This document shows, piece after piece, positions 9,845-19,160 of a DNA stretch of 35,651 nt. This DNA is from Candidatus Hydrogenedentota bacterium (GTDB lineage Bacteria > Hydrogenedentota > Hydrogenedentia > Hydrogenedentales > SLHB01), in the NCBI GenBank assembly GCA_003557825.1, contig PWNM01000038.1, positions 1 to 35,651 of the forward strand. The letters run 5' to 3'. The translations under genes were made by a program, and so were the position numbers. Position 1 is the stretch's first letter. The number at the start of each line of letters is the position of its first letter. The notes beneath the pieces were generated by a model. It worked only from the letters and a program-made list of their open reading frames with translations. It did not search any database and had not been told where the DNA came from.

Positions 9845-12139
9845 TTATTTCCCGAGCCAGACGGCAACTTTGTAGCTGCCACCCGGCTCCCATGGAAGAA
9901 TATCGGATGGATGCGGGGTTCCGTTCACGAGCATGGAAAGAATGCGACCATCCTCGTCCGGCCCCGCGTTGTGATAATCAATATTGTATGTAGCTCCTCT
10001 GAAGATTTTTCTGACGGAGCACTTTCTCCAATCAGGAGGTAAGCACGGATTGATCCTCAGACCCGTCATCTCAGGCTGCAACCCGAAGACATAGAAGGCG
10101 ATGTCCTTTAGAAGCCACGCCCCCGCTCCTGTTCTCCATGTTTGTCCCGCACGCGCGTACCTGTAGCCGGTTTCGAGCGGGAAGTATGAGTTGCACATGA
10201 TGTAGGGCTCACAGTGTTTCTGAACCCACTTGTGATTGGCGGGCAGCATCCGTTCGAGGTTGTTTTGAACCATTCGGTTGCGCTTCAGAATTGCGTCTGC
10301 AGCCGTCTTCCACGCATAGGCATGAATGTAGACACCACCGTTTTCATGCACGCCGGGCAGTTTTCTTGTCGTATCACCGATGTCCGAACGGGAATAGGTG
10401 TAAGGCGGCCATGCCATGCGCACGCCCAGATCGGTCATCATGTGGCGCTCCACCGCATCCATGGCGCGGATTTCCTTCCCGTCCATGCCGATGCCCGCCA
10501 TGACCGACCAGATTTGGGGCATGATGTGCATCTTGCCCTCGTCGTTCTCCATGGAGCCGAGTTTGTCGAGGTTGTCGGTGAAGGCGACCAGGTAGTGTCC
10601 GCCGTCCCACGCGACATCGTTGACAATTTCCTTCATCTGTTGGCCGCGTTCGCGGGCGAGTTTCGCATCGGCGGTGTTACCGGTGAGGCCGGCGATTTCG
10701 GCGAACTGCTTGTTGGCAAGGTACCACGCGATGGAGAGCCATACACTCATGCCACGGCCTTTCAAACCGACTTCGTTGAGGCAGTCATTCCAGTCGCCTC
10801 CGCCGATTTTCACGAGGCCCAGTTCGCCGCGCGAGTTCCACAGGAAGTCGACCGAGCGGCGGAGGTGTTCATAGACCGGCGCTTCACTCCCGTCGTTGAA
10901 GGGAACCATCTCTGCGAGAATGGAAAGGTCGCCAATCTCCTTGAGCAGGTGATAGACGTTGAAGGTTATCCAGACGGTATTGTCCATATACCCGCCACGA
11001 TCCTGCACCGATCCATCCAGAAATGTGCGGGGCGCGTAGCCGCTGCTGTATTGATAGGAGAGGATGCGCTTGGTCCGCTTCCATGCCAATTGCGGATTGT
11101 AGATGCCGAGGCATTCGCAGTCACAGTTGGTGTCCCTGAACCCGTTGTGGCGGACGCGTGCCCAGCGGCTCCCCATGCTGGTCTGGTGTTTGAGGAAACC
11201 GTTGAAGAGGTTGTTCAGGCCTTCGTCGGGGGTTTCGATATGGATGCCCGCGATATCGGCGGCAAGCCGGGCGGTGGTCGCCTCGAACTCGATTTCCACT
11301 TTGTCCGCATCGTCAAGAAGGCGCCCACGCACATCCGCGATTTCCTCCTCGCTGGTGGCAAAACCGGCCATGAAGTGCAGGGTGGTCTCTTCTCCGGGTT
11401 CGAGGTGGAGGGTGTGTTCGAGGGCAAAACAAATTTTCTCAGCGTAGCATTCACTATTTGAGCAGCCTCCGCGTTGCACCGCCAATGGTGTCGAATCATC
11501 TCCATAGGGGCCGATAAAGGCGTCGTTGCGGCCATCGTAACCGTTCTCCTGCGTTCCGCTCATGAGATAGCCGTAGACCCGTTTTGGTATGGCTGAGCCG
11601 AAAGATTGATAAGTCCGGCTGATCACCGCTTGCAAATCCTCATCAAAGTCGGCAGCCCCCATGTCATATGCTTGGGGACGGTAGAATGTGTCGATGGCGG
11701 TCTTTGCGTAGACCAATGTCTTGAGATCGCAGGCCTCCGGACGGTTGTTGCGAATTGTCAACGTCCAGATTTCACCGCAGTCATCGCGAGGAACAAAAAT
11801 CCGCAGCGTGGTCTCAATGCCTCTATGGGTGAGGGTTATCTCTGTGTAGCCAAGGCCATGAACACACCGGTAATTCTCGTACGGATAATGCACGGGCAGA
11901 GCATTTGCGGTCCAATACCCGCCGGCGACCGAATCCATGAGATACACCATCCTGTTGATCAGAAGCATGGCGCGGCGGCCCATGTCATCCTGGGCAAATC
12001 CCTCTCCGTAACCCACCTGGGAGGTGAAGGTAATGTAGTGATCATTCCAAAGATAATTGTACCAGTGCCGGGGAAGCTCGGGTTGGTGGATGACGTAGCG
12101 TTTTCCGCCGTCTTCGAAGTGACCGAATGGTTGGTTCAT
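9845..12139 (-). CDS. GH94-family glycoside phosphorylase (cellobiose-phosphorylase-like; substrate unknown)
   Basis: Motifs PRHWYNYLWN, CVHGLGYT, GFRDT, GGDWNDCLN (catalytic Asp), PGVHENGGVYIH and GLRINPCLP. Confidence 0.88.
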   Translation of the reverse strand: MNQPFGHFEDGGKRYVIHQPELPRHWYNYLWNDHYITFTSQVGYGEGFAQDDMGRRAMLLINRMVYLMDSVAGGYWTANALPVHYPYENYRCVHGLGYTEITLTHRGIETTLRIFVPRDDCGEIWTLTIRNNRPEACDLKTLVYAKTAIDTFYRPQAYDMGAADFDEDLQAVISRTYQSFGSAIPKRVYGYLMSGTQENGYDGRNDAFIGPYGDDSTPLAVQRGGCSNSECYAEKICFALEHTLHLEPGEETTLHFMAGFATSEEEIADVRGRLLDDADKVEIEFEATTARLAADIAGIHIETPDEGLNNLFNGFLKHQTSMGSRWARVRHNGFRDTNCDCECLGIYNPQLAWKRTKRILSYQYSSGYAPRTFLDGSVQDRGGYMDNTVWITFNVYHLLKEIGDLSILAEMVPFNDGSEAPVYEHLRRSVDFLWNSRGELGLVKIGGGDWNDCLNEVGLKGRGMSVWLSIAWYLANKQFAEIAGLTGNTADAKLARERGQQMKEIVNDVAWDGGHYLVAFTDNLDKLGSMENDEGKMHIMPQIWSVMAGIGMDGKEIRAMDAVERHMMTDLGVRMAWPPYTYSRSDIGDTTRKLPGVHENGGVYIHAYAWKTAADAILKRNRMVQNNLERMLPANHKWVQKHCEPYIMCNSYFPLETGYRYARAGQTWRTGAGAWLLKDIAFYVFGLQPEMTGLRINPCLPPDWRKCSVRKIFRGATYNIDYHNAGPDEDGRILSMLVNGTPHPSDILPWEPGGSYKVAVWLGK

Positions 12140-12228
12140 GCCGTGTATTTACTGGTCAGTGTTAAGGATTCAATTACATTCGCTTCGTTCAAGCGGCGGA
12201 CGGAAAGGAATATGTGTGTATCACGGTG

Positions 12229-12262
12229 AAAAAAATCCCACCGGATTTTAAATCCGGCGGGA
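12229..12262 (-). terminator. Intrinsic terminator after the PEP-CTERM gene
   Basis: Hairpin TCCCACCGGATT..AATCCGGCGGGA next to an A7 run (U-tract on the minus strand). Confidence 0.8.
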
Positions 12263-12294
12263 ACAGAATATGTCCGGCTTGTGGAAGTGATTCC

Positions 12295-13005
12295 TTAGCT
12301 TTTGTGGCGCCGGCGCAAATAGACAAGTCCAATGACAATCAGGCCCATGAAAGCCGCATAGGCGGAGGGCTCGGGAATTACGGTGATACCATCTGATTGT
12401 AAGTCGCGGACACCATCGCTACTGCTCCAACCGGCGACAAACTGAAAGCGATCTACTGGAAGAACATTATTATTCCAATAGTTTGTCGTGACCGACAAAT
12501 TCTCATCATTGTTGACAGTCACATATAGAGCGGTCTCGTCCCATTCTATTACAACATCAAGAAGTTCGCCCGGCTGCAGGGCCGAGAAATTGATAGGCTG
12601 ATATTCATTCCACGCCGTGCCGTGGAATACACGGAGTTCTGTAGAACTCTCAAGGCGAAGACGGATCAATTCTGCAGAAGTTGCCCAATTAAAAAGGGAG
12701 AAGTAGCCCTGGTTGCCGGTAGAGCCAAAATCTGAACCGAGCGTAAAAGATACGGATCCAACACTTTGAGGATCAAAAACCGGTGATCTCAAGTTGGCAT
12801 CTCCGCCGTTGTCATTTGTCAACTGCATTCCGGCATCGGAGAAAGTCAGCGTATTCGCAGGGGCAGCGTTATCCAGAATAATATCCCAGCCTTCGGCCTG
12901 TAGTCCGGCGATTGTTGTGTCTTCGGTAAACGATGTGACTAAAATTGCCCCGGACATCACAAATGGGCAAAGTAGCAGTAGCGTAATTGTCTTGATTGTT
13001 TTCAT
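12295..13005 (-). CDS. PEP-CTERM sorting-domain protein
   Basis: Signal peptide, then VIPEPSAYA + hydrophobic helix + LRRRHKS at the C-terminus. Confidence 0.93.
   Translation of the reverse strand: MKTIKTITLLLLCPFVMSGAILVTSFTEDTTIAGLQAEGWDIILDNAAPANTLTFSDAGMQLTNDNGGDANLRSPVFDPQSVGSVSFTLGSDFGSTGNQGYFSLFNWATSAELIRLRLESSTELRVFHGTAWNEYQPINFSALQPGELLDVVIEWDETALYVTVNNDENLSVTTNYWNNNVLPVDRFQFVAGWSSSDGVRDLQSDGITVIPEPSAYAAFMGLIVIGLVYLRRRHKS
12351..12957 (+). repeat. Domain duplication shared with 15915-16520
   Basis: Long identical runs, e.g. CCATCTGATTGTAAGTCGCGGACACCA and GGGAGAAGTAGCCCTGGTTGCCGGTAGAGCCAAAATCTGAACCGAGCGTAAAAGATACGGATCCAACACTTTGAGGA. Confidence 0.95.
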
Positions 13006-13054
13006 TTTTTATATGTTCGTTTTTTTGTTTTTGGTGTGTTTTCACTTACAGCAG

Positions 13055-13201
13055 CTCAGGCGATCACAGCCCGATTTGCGGTAAATTCTGAAAGTCATAA
13101 TGACTGAAACGCTCATTAGATAAGGGTAAGAGTAAGGGTGAATTTGGATTCAGATTCCCATGCAAACCTCTGTGAAAAGTTTACGCAAGAAAAATCCGCA
13201 G
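13055..13201 (+). repeat. Duplicated upstream region (homologous to 17212-17359; first part also to 29854-29889)
   Basis: Colinear similarity from CTCAGGCGATCAC to GCAAGAAAAATCCGCAG vs TTCAGGCGGTCAC to TCAAGAAAATTCCGCAG. Confidence 0.8.
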
Positions 13202-13294
13202 AATTTTTTTCTTAAAAACCACGCATCAAGAGTGTAAAAGAGTTCCGCGGTCGTCCACAGGCTGTTACGATGAATCGTAAATCCATTCCGAGTT

Positions 13295-13560
13295 GGGAGG
13301 CGACCGAAGAGCCTGTCGGCTGCTTTCCCGATGGCCGGGACCGTCGCCGCGACGCGGATGAGATTGCCGTTGGCCGTGGCCACAAAGTTAACGCCGCCGG
13401 CCCAGATTTCGCAGGGCGTGCGGCCGGGCGCGACGGTCAGGATGACGGCGGTGCCACTGGTGCGCGAGGTGACGCTGGATTCCCCGATGCTTTCCTCCGG
13501 ATCGGACGGGTCAAGGGAACCCACGAGGTTCCCGCCCGCCCTAATGAGCGTGTCCCTCCA
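13295..13560 (-). pseudogene. Orphan fragment of a verrucomicrobial-type C-terminal domain
   Basis: LVGSLDPSDP...IRVAATVPAIGKAADRLFGRL resembles the end of the adjacent gene (VTITVAPSAAPDGRLFGRI). Confidence 0.45.
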
Positions 13561-13604
13561 TCCTGTCCCTCTATCCAACGAAGCCTGCGGATCATTATAC
13601 TCTA

Positions 13605-16600
13605 TCACGGCTGTCCCCTGATACGACCAAAGAGGCGACCGTCCGGCGCGGCGGACGGCGCGACTGTTATCGTCACTGTTTGCAGACCTTCAGCCGGCGT
13701 GTCCGCTTCGATGCTGACGTTGCCGCCGGAGCTTGCCGGTATGCTCTGACTGCTCCAACTCGCAAGGTCGGTGCTGTATTCAAACGTCAGGTCAACGGCC
13801 TCCACCGCATCCGTACGTCGAATGAAGCGGAACAACAACTCACCGTTGGCATTGAACTCAGCCTCAGGCATATTGGCGCTGAAGGGCACGGTCGGGTCGC
13901 CATCGAAAACGAATTCAAACAGATTAGGGAAGCCATCGCCGTCCGGATCCGCGTTGAAAGCGCCATCGCCGTCACTAAGCTCAAATTGTCCGAGCCATGC
14001 AAGATAATTGGGATCATAGGCTTCACCTTCGACCACCAATTGCAAGCCACCCTCCTGGAAGAATGCCGTGCGCCCATCCGGCAGGGTAACCGGGCTACGA
14101 AAATCCAAACCTTCAACCGTACCCGCAATCAGCGTGTAGGAGCCGTTTTCGACATGGCTCCAATCGGTCGCGCCGCCATCAGCACTTACCAGATCGTTAA
14201 CACTGAAGCCGCTGGAGAGGGTTACCGTGCCCGACACCGTCAATGTGGCATCCATGTCAAACACATATTTTGCCCCCTCGGCGAGCCTCACTCCCCCGGC
14301 CAGTGAACCGTTGCCGCCGATACGGGCACCGCTTGCCACAGTCACCATGCTGGTGCTGCCTATGCTGCCATCGACAATCAGTCCACCCGCATTGACATGC
14401 GTTGCGCCCGAATACGTATTCACCCCGGACAGCGTTAATTGCCCTCCCCCTCCAATCATGAGGGATTGAGCGCCCGACGAGCCTCCGGTAATCGGTGTTG
14501 AAATCGCCGCGCTGACGCCGGGCGCAACGTTGATCGAACGATCCGGGCTGTCGATAAGCGTAAGCGTATTGCTGCCAGACCTCGTGAGCACATATCCGGA
14601 AGATTCGAACAAGAGCGAGCGCGCCGAAACATTCTCGGTGATGGTCACCGTGCCCGCTGTGCCGCTAAACATGGCATTGGCCTCGTTGCGGTTGCGCCAA
14701 CTGATCCTCGGGTATCCACTGCCGATATCCCAATTGGCGGTGCTGAGATTCCAGCTTGCCGATCCGCCGTCACTTGCCGCGTCGCCGGTTCCACCGGCGT
14801 CGGATCCGTCCCAGAAAAAGTTTCTGGCCAGGGCATTGGCGACACCGAAATAGGCGGGTTTGCGTTGATGATTGTGATCGAACAACAGTGCATGGCCGGA
14901 ACCGGGACGATGATTGGGAATCCAGGAATTCGTATCGCTATACCCCCAAATGAAGACCGCCGGAGCATTCGGCTGCGCGAGTGCCGTCGCAACGATTCGC
15001 TCGTATTGCACGCCCTGCTCTGCCAATTGCTGGGCGGTTACATTGCCTTCGCTGTTTGGGCTGTCCGTATTCAAGGACAGATCCAATTCCGTTATGATAC
15101 ATTCCAAGCCAAGACCTGCCAGAAAAGTGAATGTATCGCGAAGGCGGTTTGCATCCGTGGTACTGAAGCCTCCCGAACCGTTTTGATTAGGGCCGACAAA
15201 GTGACCTTGCAGACCTACACCTGTGACCGGCACACCGCGGGAAACCATCCCGCTTATCATGTTTCTCATGCGGGTGTTCTTGTAACCGTAAAGTCCTCCG
15301 GAAAGCTCAATATTATAGTCATTATACACCAACCGCACATCCGGATCAGCCTCGCGGGCGGCAATGAACAATGCATCAATAAACGCTTGTTTGCTCTGCA
15401 CACCATCATACCAGGTGCCGGATCGGAAGGTGCCGCCAATTAAAGGAATATCCGAGATCGCCTCGTTGATCACATCCCACTCGTAGATCTCCGGAGCATG
15501 CTCGCGGCAATAGGTCAAAAGTGCCTTGATGTATGAAGTGGCAAATGCGGTGATCTGGGAGGAACTCCAGCCGGGAGCCTCGGAATCAAGCCAGTCTGGT
15601 ATTTGCTCATGCCAGATCAAAGCATGGCCGCGGATTTTGCTCACGCCGTTGGAACGCGCGATTTGAACCATCCTGTCGATCTCAAACGTATTGATGTCGG
15701 ATACCTGAACATTAAATGGATCCGCCGGGCGATTTCGCAGCATAGACCGCATCTTATGATTATTCTCTGCCACATAGCCGTTAAACTCAGCTGCCAGAAT
15801 ATCCCGCTTCTGCTGTGGAATCTGTGGCGATCCCGAGGTAAAATTGGAGAGCATTTGCCAACTCACGGCCGTGCCAATAATAACGCCACGGTCCTCGGCG
15901 AGATCGCGCAGAGAAGTCGCATAGGCGGAAGGCCCGGGAACGACAGTGATTCCATCTGATTGTAAGTCGCGGACACCAGTGCTACTGCTCCAACCGGCGA
16001 CAAACTGAAAGCGATCTACTGGAAGAACAACACTATTAAAATAGCTTGCTGTGACCGACAAATTCTCATCATTGTTGACAGTCACATATATAGCTGTCTC
16101 GTCCCATTCTATTACAACATCAAGAAGTTCGCCCGGCTGCAAAGCCGAAAAATTGATAGCCTGAAATTGATCCCACTCCGTGCCGTGGTACACACGGAGT
16201 TGTGTAGAACTCTCAAGGCGAAGACGGGTCAATTCCGCAGGAGTTGCCCAATTATAAAGGGAGAAGTAGCCCTGGTTGCCGGTAGAGCCAAAATCTGAAC
16301 CGAGCGTAAAAGATACGGATCCAACACTTTGAGGAGCAAAAACCGGTGATCTCAAGTTGGCAGTTCCGCCGTTGTCATTTGTCAACTGCATTCCGGCATC
16401 GGAGAAGGTCAGCGTATTCGCAGGGGCAGCGTTATCCAGAATAATACCCCAGCCTTCGGCTGCGAGTCCTTCAATAGTCGTCCCGGCGTTAAACTGTGTG
16501 CTTAAAATTGCCCCGGGCATTTCCCATTCGCCGTCGTCGTCGTCGAAGTCATTGACGACGATTCCCGTTGAGGCCACGGCTCGGGTCCCGGAACTTGTGG

Positions 16601-17171
16601 TCCAACCCGCGGTGAACTCAAAGCCATCAACCGACAAACCGGCGTTCCGGTAGCCCACGGTGGTCAGCAAATCGCCGTCCAGGTAGATGTCGACAAACTC
16701 ACCATCCCATTCCAAAGTGATGTCGAGGAGTTGCCCGCCCTGTGCAAGGTTGAAGTTGGGGACCACAAGGTCCAACTCCACGTCACCGACCACACGAAGG
16801 GTCGTGTTGTTTTGCTGCAGAATAAGGCGAATGACCTCATTATTGGCACCCCAACCGGCCACAAGCGCAAACCGGCCATGCGTGCCCGTCAAGCTGGCAT
16901 CGGTACCCAGGGTTAACTGAGCTGTGCCTGCGGCAACACTCGTGAATTCAGGCGAACGCAGGTAATAGGCTCCGCCTCCGGTGTTTTCCAACTTCATACC
17001 GGCGCCGGAGAAGGTGAGGCTGTTATCCGCGAGGGCATCGGCGCTGACCGTCCAACCTTCGCCCTGTAGACCGGCCACAGTTGTGTCGGCAGTAAACTGT
17101 TTGCTTAAAACGGCCCCGGACATCAGAAGCGGGCAAAGTAGCAGTAAGGCAATTGTCCTGATTGTTTTCAT
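13605..17171 (-). CDS. Multidomain secreted GH10 glycoside hydrolase (xylanase-like) with two PEP-CTERM-protein-derived domains, an autotransporter-associated beta-strand repeat and an acidic C-terminal domain
   Basis: Start MKTIRTIALLLL; GH10 motifs ENNHK, RGHALIWH, WDVINE, YNDYN, GLQGH and ITELD; GGGQLTLSGVNTYSGATHVNAG; ADPDGDGFPNLFEFVFDGDP. Confidence 0.9.
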   Translation of the reverse strand: MKTIRTIALLLLCPLLMSGAVLSKQFTADTTVAGLQGEGWTVSADALADNSLTFSGAGMKLENTGGGAYYLRSPEFTSVAAGTAQLTLGTDASLTGTHGRFALVAGWGANNEVIRLILQQNNTTLRVVGDVELDLVVPNFNLAQGGQLLDITLEWDGEFVDIYLDGDLLTTVGYRNAGLSVDGFEFTAGWTTSSGTRAVASTGIVVNDFDDDDGEWEMPGAILSTQFNAGTTIEGLAAEGWGIILDNAAPANTLTFSDAGMQLTNDNGGTANLRSPVFAPQSVGSVSFTLGSDFGSTGNQGYFSLYNWATPAELTRLRLESSTQLRVYHGTEWDQFQAINFSALQPGELLDVVIEWDETAIYVTVNNDENLSVTASYFNSVVLPVDRFQFVAGWSSSTGVRDLQSDGITVVPGPSAYATSLRDLAEDRGVIIGTAVSWQMLSNFTSGSPQIPQQKRDILAAEFNGYVAENNHKMRSMLRNRPADPFNVQVSDINTFEIDRMVQIARSNGVSKIRGHALIWHEQIPDWLDSEAPGWSSSQITAFATSYIKALLTYCREHAPEIYEWDVINEAISDIPLIGGTFRSGTWYDGVQSKQAFIDALFIAAREADPDVRLVYNDYNIELSGGLYGYKNTRMRNMISGMVSRGVPVTGVGLQGHFVGPNQNGSGGFSTTDANRLRDTFTFLAGLGLECIITELDLSLNTDSPNSEGNVTAQQLAEQGVQYERIVATALAQPNAPAVFIWGYSDTNSWIPNHRPGSGHALLFDHNHQRKPAYFGVANALARNFFWDGSDAGGTGDAASDGGSASWNLSTANWDIGSGYPRISWRNRNEANAMFSGTAGTVTITENVSARSLLFESSGYVLTRSGSNTLTLIDSPDRSINVAPGVSAAISTPITGGSSGAQSLMIGGGGQLTLSGVNTYSGATHVNAGGLIVDGSIGSTSMVTVASGARIGGNGSLAGGVRLAEGAKYVFDMDATLTVSGTVTLSSGFSVNDLVSADGGATDWSHVENGSYTLIAGTVEGLDFRSPVTLPDGRTAFFQEGGLQLVVEGEAYDPNYLAWLGQFELSDGDGAFNADPDGDGFPNLFEFVFDGDPTVPFSANMPEAEFNANGELLFRFIRRTDAVEAVDLTFEYSTDLASWSSQSIPASSGGNVSIEADTPAEGLQTVTITVAPSAAPDGRLFGRIRGQP
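16560..17092 (+). repeat. Domain duplication shared with the PEP-CTERM gene at 29196-29730
   Basis: Shared runs CCCGTTGAGGCCACGGCT and GTAGATGTCGACAAACTC; peptides QNNTTLRV/NNNTTLRV and LEWDGEFVDIY. Confidence 0.9.
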
Positions 17172-17366
17172 TTTTGAAAATGTTTGTTTTGTTGGGTATT
17201 GTTTACAGTATTTCAGGCGGTCACGGCTAAAATTGCGGTGAATTCTGAAAGGCATGGATGGCCGGAACGCTCGTTGGTGAAGGGTGAGGTAAAGGGCATG
17301 ATTTGATTCCGAACTCCATGAGAACATACGTGAAAATTTTCCTCAAGAAAATTCCGCAGGCGCAAA

Positions 17367-17440
17367 ACAGGAACGCAAAGGACATTGACAGATCGCGCTC
17401 CGAACCTACTTTTCGCCCTCTTCCTTGGACAGCCGCGCGC
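17367..17440 (+). repeat. Promoter-bearing direct repeat, copy A
   Basis: 46 nt (17367-17412) are identical to 26181-26226, with weaker similarity for about 28 nt more. Confidence 0.95.
17385..17412 (+). promoter_or_regulatory. Sigma70-type promoter candidate
   Basis: TTGACA-N16-TACTTT. Confidence 0.6.
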
Positions 17441-17578
17441 CTCTTCACCCTAGTGCGCGGCGTGATATGGGACCGCCACGGGCTCTTCGAACTCGCCGAC
17501 TACGATGGGGCAGCACGGCACCTATACCGGATGTGCCCGAGTCCTCAACAGGCATATTTACCGGGGTTCAGCCCCTGA
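17438..17578 (+). mobile_element. IS4-family transposase C-terminal remnant
   Basis: RLFTLVRGVIWDRHGLFELADYDGAARHLYRMCPSPQQAYLPGFSP* resembles, from recall, the C-termini of PVC-group IS4 transposases (RLF.L.R...W...YGTA...P.QAYLPGF). Confidence 0.6.
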
Positions 17579-17752
17579 TCCTGTGGGACGACATCATTCT
17601 TAAACGCGCAGGGCCCGCCGGAAGGCGGGCCTCATTTTATACCGAAATGCCCGCCGCAGCCGACTGCGGCATTGCCAGTTCGATCGGATGTGTCGCCGGA
17701 TGATTTTCTCGACAGCAGGCTGTCTTCTTGAATTCGAAATTGGTTAACCCGA

Positions 17753-19003
17753 TCACGGTGAGCGCTTTTCGACTTCTTCCATAGCGATCTCACTCCAACG
17801 GAAAAGACGTTGAGGGTCGTTTCGCACCGTGCTGATATCTTTCATGATCAGCTCAAAACTGCACCCCTCAGCCTGGTCCAGCAAACGCACAATATCCTGC
17901 CGCGCCTGACTTTCGTTGAACACATCGGTGGCAAACACTGCCGGATTCGGCTTTATCGACAACACGTATTCGCCTGCGCCGCTCTCAAGGCCTTTTGGAA
18001 TATCGAACCATGGGCTCACGGAAATCTTCCGGAGATTGGGAATGCGTCGCAGGATGCCGATTTTGTTGTGCAGCGGTTCGCAACATCCATAGTATGTCAT
18101 ACCCCAGCGTTCCAGCCAACGCATCTCGTGCTTGAGCGAAAATTCCCAATGCATGTCGGGCGACACGTCCGATAAGATCTGTGCATTTCCACATCCCCAG
18201 AGACTTTGGCATGGCAACCCATCCCTTGCATCCGTCTCTCCGGGTAAATCGCGAGTATATCCGTAAGCGCCAGACCCGACCCGCACATTGAGGGCTCCGG
18301 AATCCAACAGGCCAAGACTTTCCATCTGATCCAGCTCGTGCATTTTGGCGTCAACATATCGCGCGACGAGAGCGTCCACGAAGTCGGGTCGCAAGATCAA
18401 GTCCATCAATATTTCCTGTATATCGACCAGACGAATCAGTTTGTCCCAAGGTGTGAACCAGATATGACGAACACCCGTGAGCCGTACCGGAGCTACGCCT
18501 TCGAGGATGACCGAAAGCATCTCGTAACGGCGTTGCGTTTCTTTCTCATCGCAGGTGACAACCGGCATCTGGATCTTTTCGATGTCTTCCATCTCAGAGA
18601 TCTGGGCATCAAAATGCTGCGAAACAACCGTATCATGAGCGATGGTCGCACCTTTCTGGTTGATGCCGATCCCCGTGGATGAAAACACCTTCGGACATTC
18701 CACTTCGGGCCGAATAATGGAATCAACGGGATAATGCCTCCAGCGGTAAAGGGTGCGTCTGAGTCCTGCTTCAATTGAATTCAAAAACGGATCGATGCAT
18801 TGGCACTGCAACTCTGTCGAATGCGCGGCCAACTCCGCCATCGGCTCTTCGTTTATGTACACAAGCGGACGCGTGGGTTCCCTGTCATTCAGCCGTCGCC
18901 AGAGTTCGGCCTTCTCCGACTGAATCGGCAGCGAACCGATCTCAACAATTTCAGCGGCAAGTTGGCGCAAAACATCGCGGTCTTGTGTGGAAAACTCTGG
19001 CAT
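17753..19003 (-). CDS. Uroporphyrinogen decarboxylase / cobalamin-methyltransferase (URO-D/CIMS-like) superfamily protein
   Basis: VSPDMHWEFSL, YYGCCEPLHNK, PNLRKISVSPW and KPNPA; strong SD (GGGAGGAG) upstream. Confidence 0.75.
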   Translation of the reverse strand: MPEFSTQDRDVLRQLAAEIVEIGSLPIQSEKAELWRRLNDREPTRPLVYINEEPMAELAAHSTELQCQCIDPFLNSIEAGLRRTLYRWRHYPVDSIIRPEVECPKVFSSTGIGINQKGATIAHDTVVSQHFDAQISEMEDIEKIQMPVVTCDEKETQRRYEMLSVILEGVAPVRLTGVRHIWFTPWDKLIRLVDIQEILMDLILRPDFVDALVARYVDAKMHELDQMESLGLLDSGALNVRVGSGAYGYTRDLPGETDARDGLPCQSLWGCGNAQILSDVSPDMHWEFSLKHEMRWLERWGMTYYGCCEPLHNKIGILRRIPNLRKISVSPWFDIPKGLESGAGEYVLSIKPNPAVFATDVFNESQARQDIVRLLDQAEGCSFELIMKDISTVRNDPQRLFRWSEIAMEEVEKRSP

Positions 19004-19160
19004 GTCAGCTCCTCCCTTTGTGTGTGCCCGGCATGGGCGTGATGTGATCGGGTAAAAATCCCGTGTATCATGGACCCACGGAAAACCGAGTTACTAGACA
19101 ATGGCAACTGCAAAGTCGCGCCTCTCGGGCAATGCGACTTGGTCCGGTTCCTTCGGCCCG

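Noticed and set aside
10214-11461. Long antisense ORFs (also 21281-22411, 30971-31999, 32685-34055)
   Set aside because: These are shadows of GC3-biased real genes on the opposite strand and show no recognisable motifs.
17172-17327. Upstream extensions of ORF-track starts (also 7133-7228, 9810-9893, 24075-24170, 26258-26317, 32051-32116)
   Set aside because: Downstream ATGs fit signal peptides, paralog starts or stop-start coupling better.
19040-19140. Possible IS3-like left end and orfA start
   Set aside because: Only a vague resemblance, with no partner inverted repeat or transposase.
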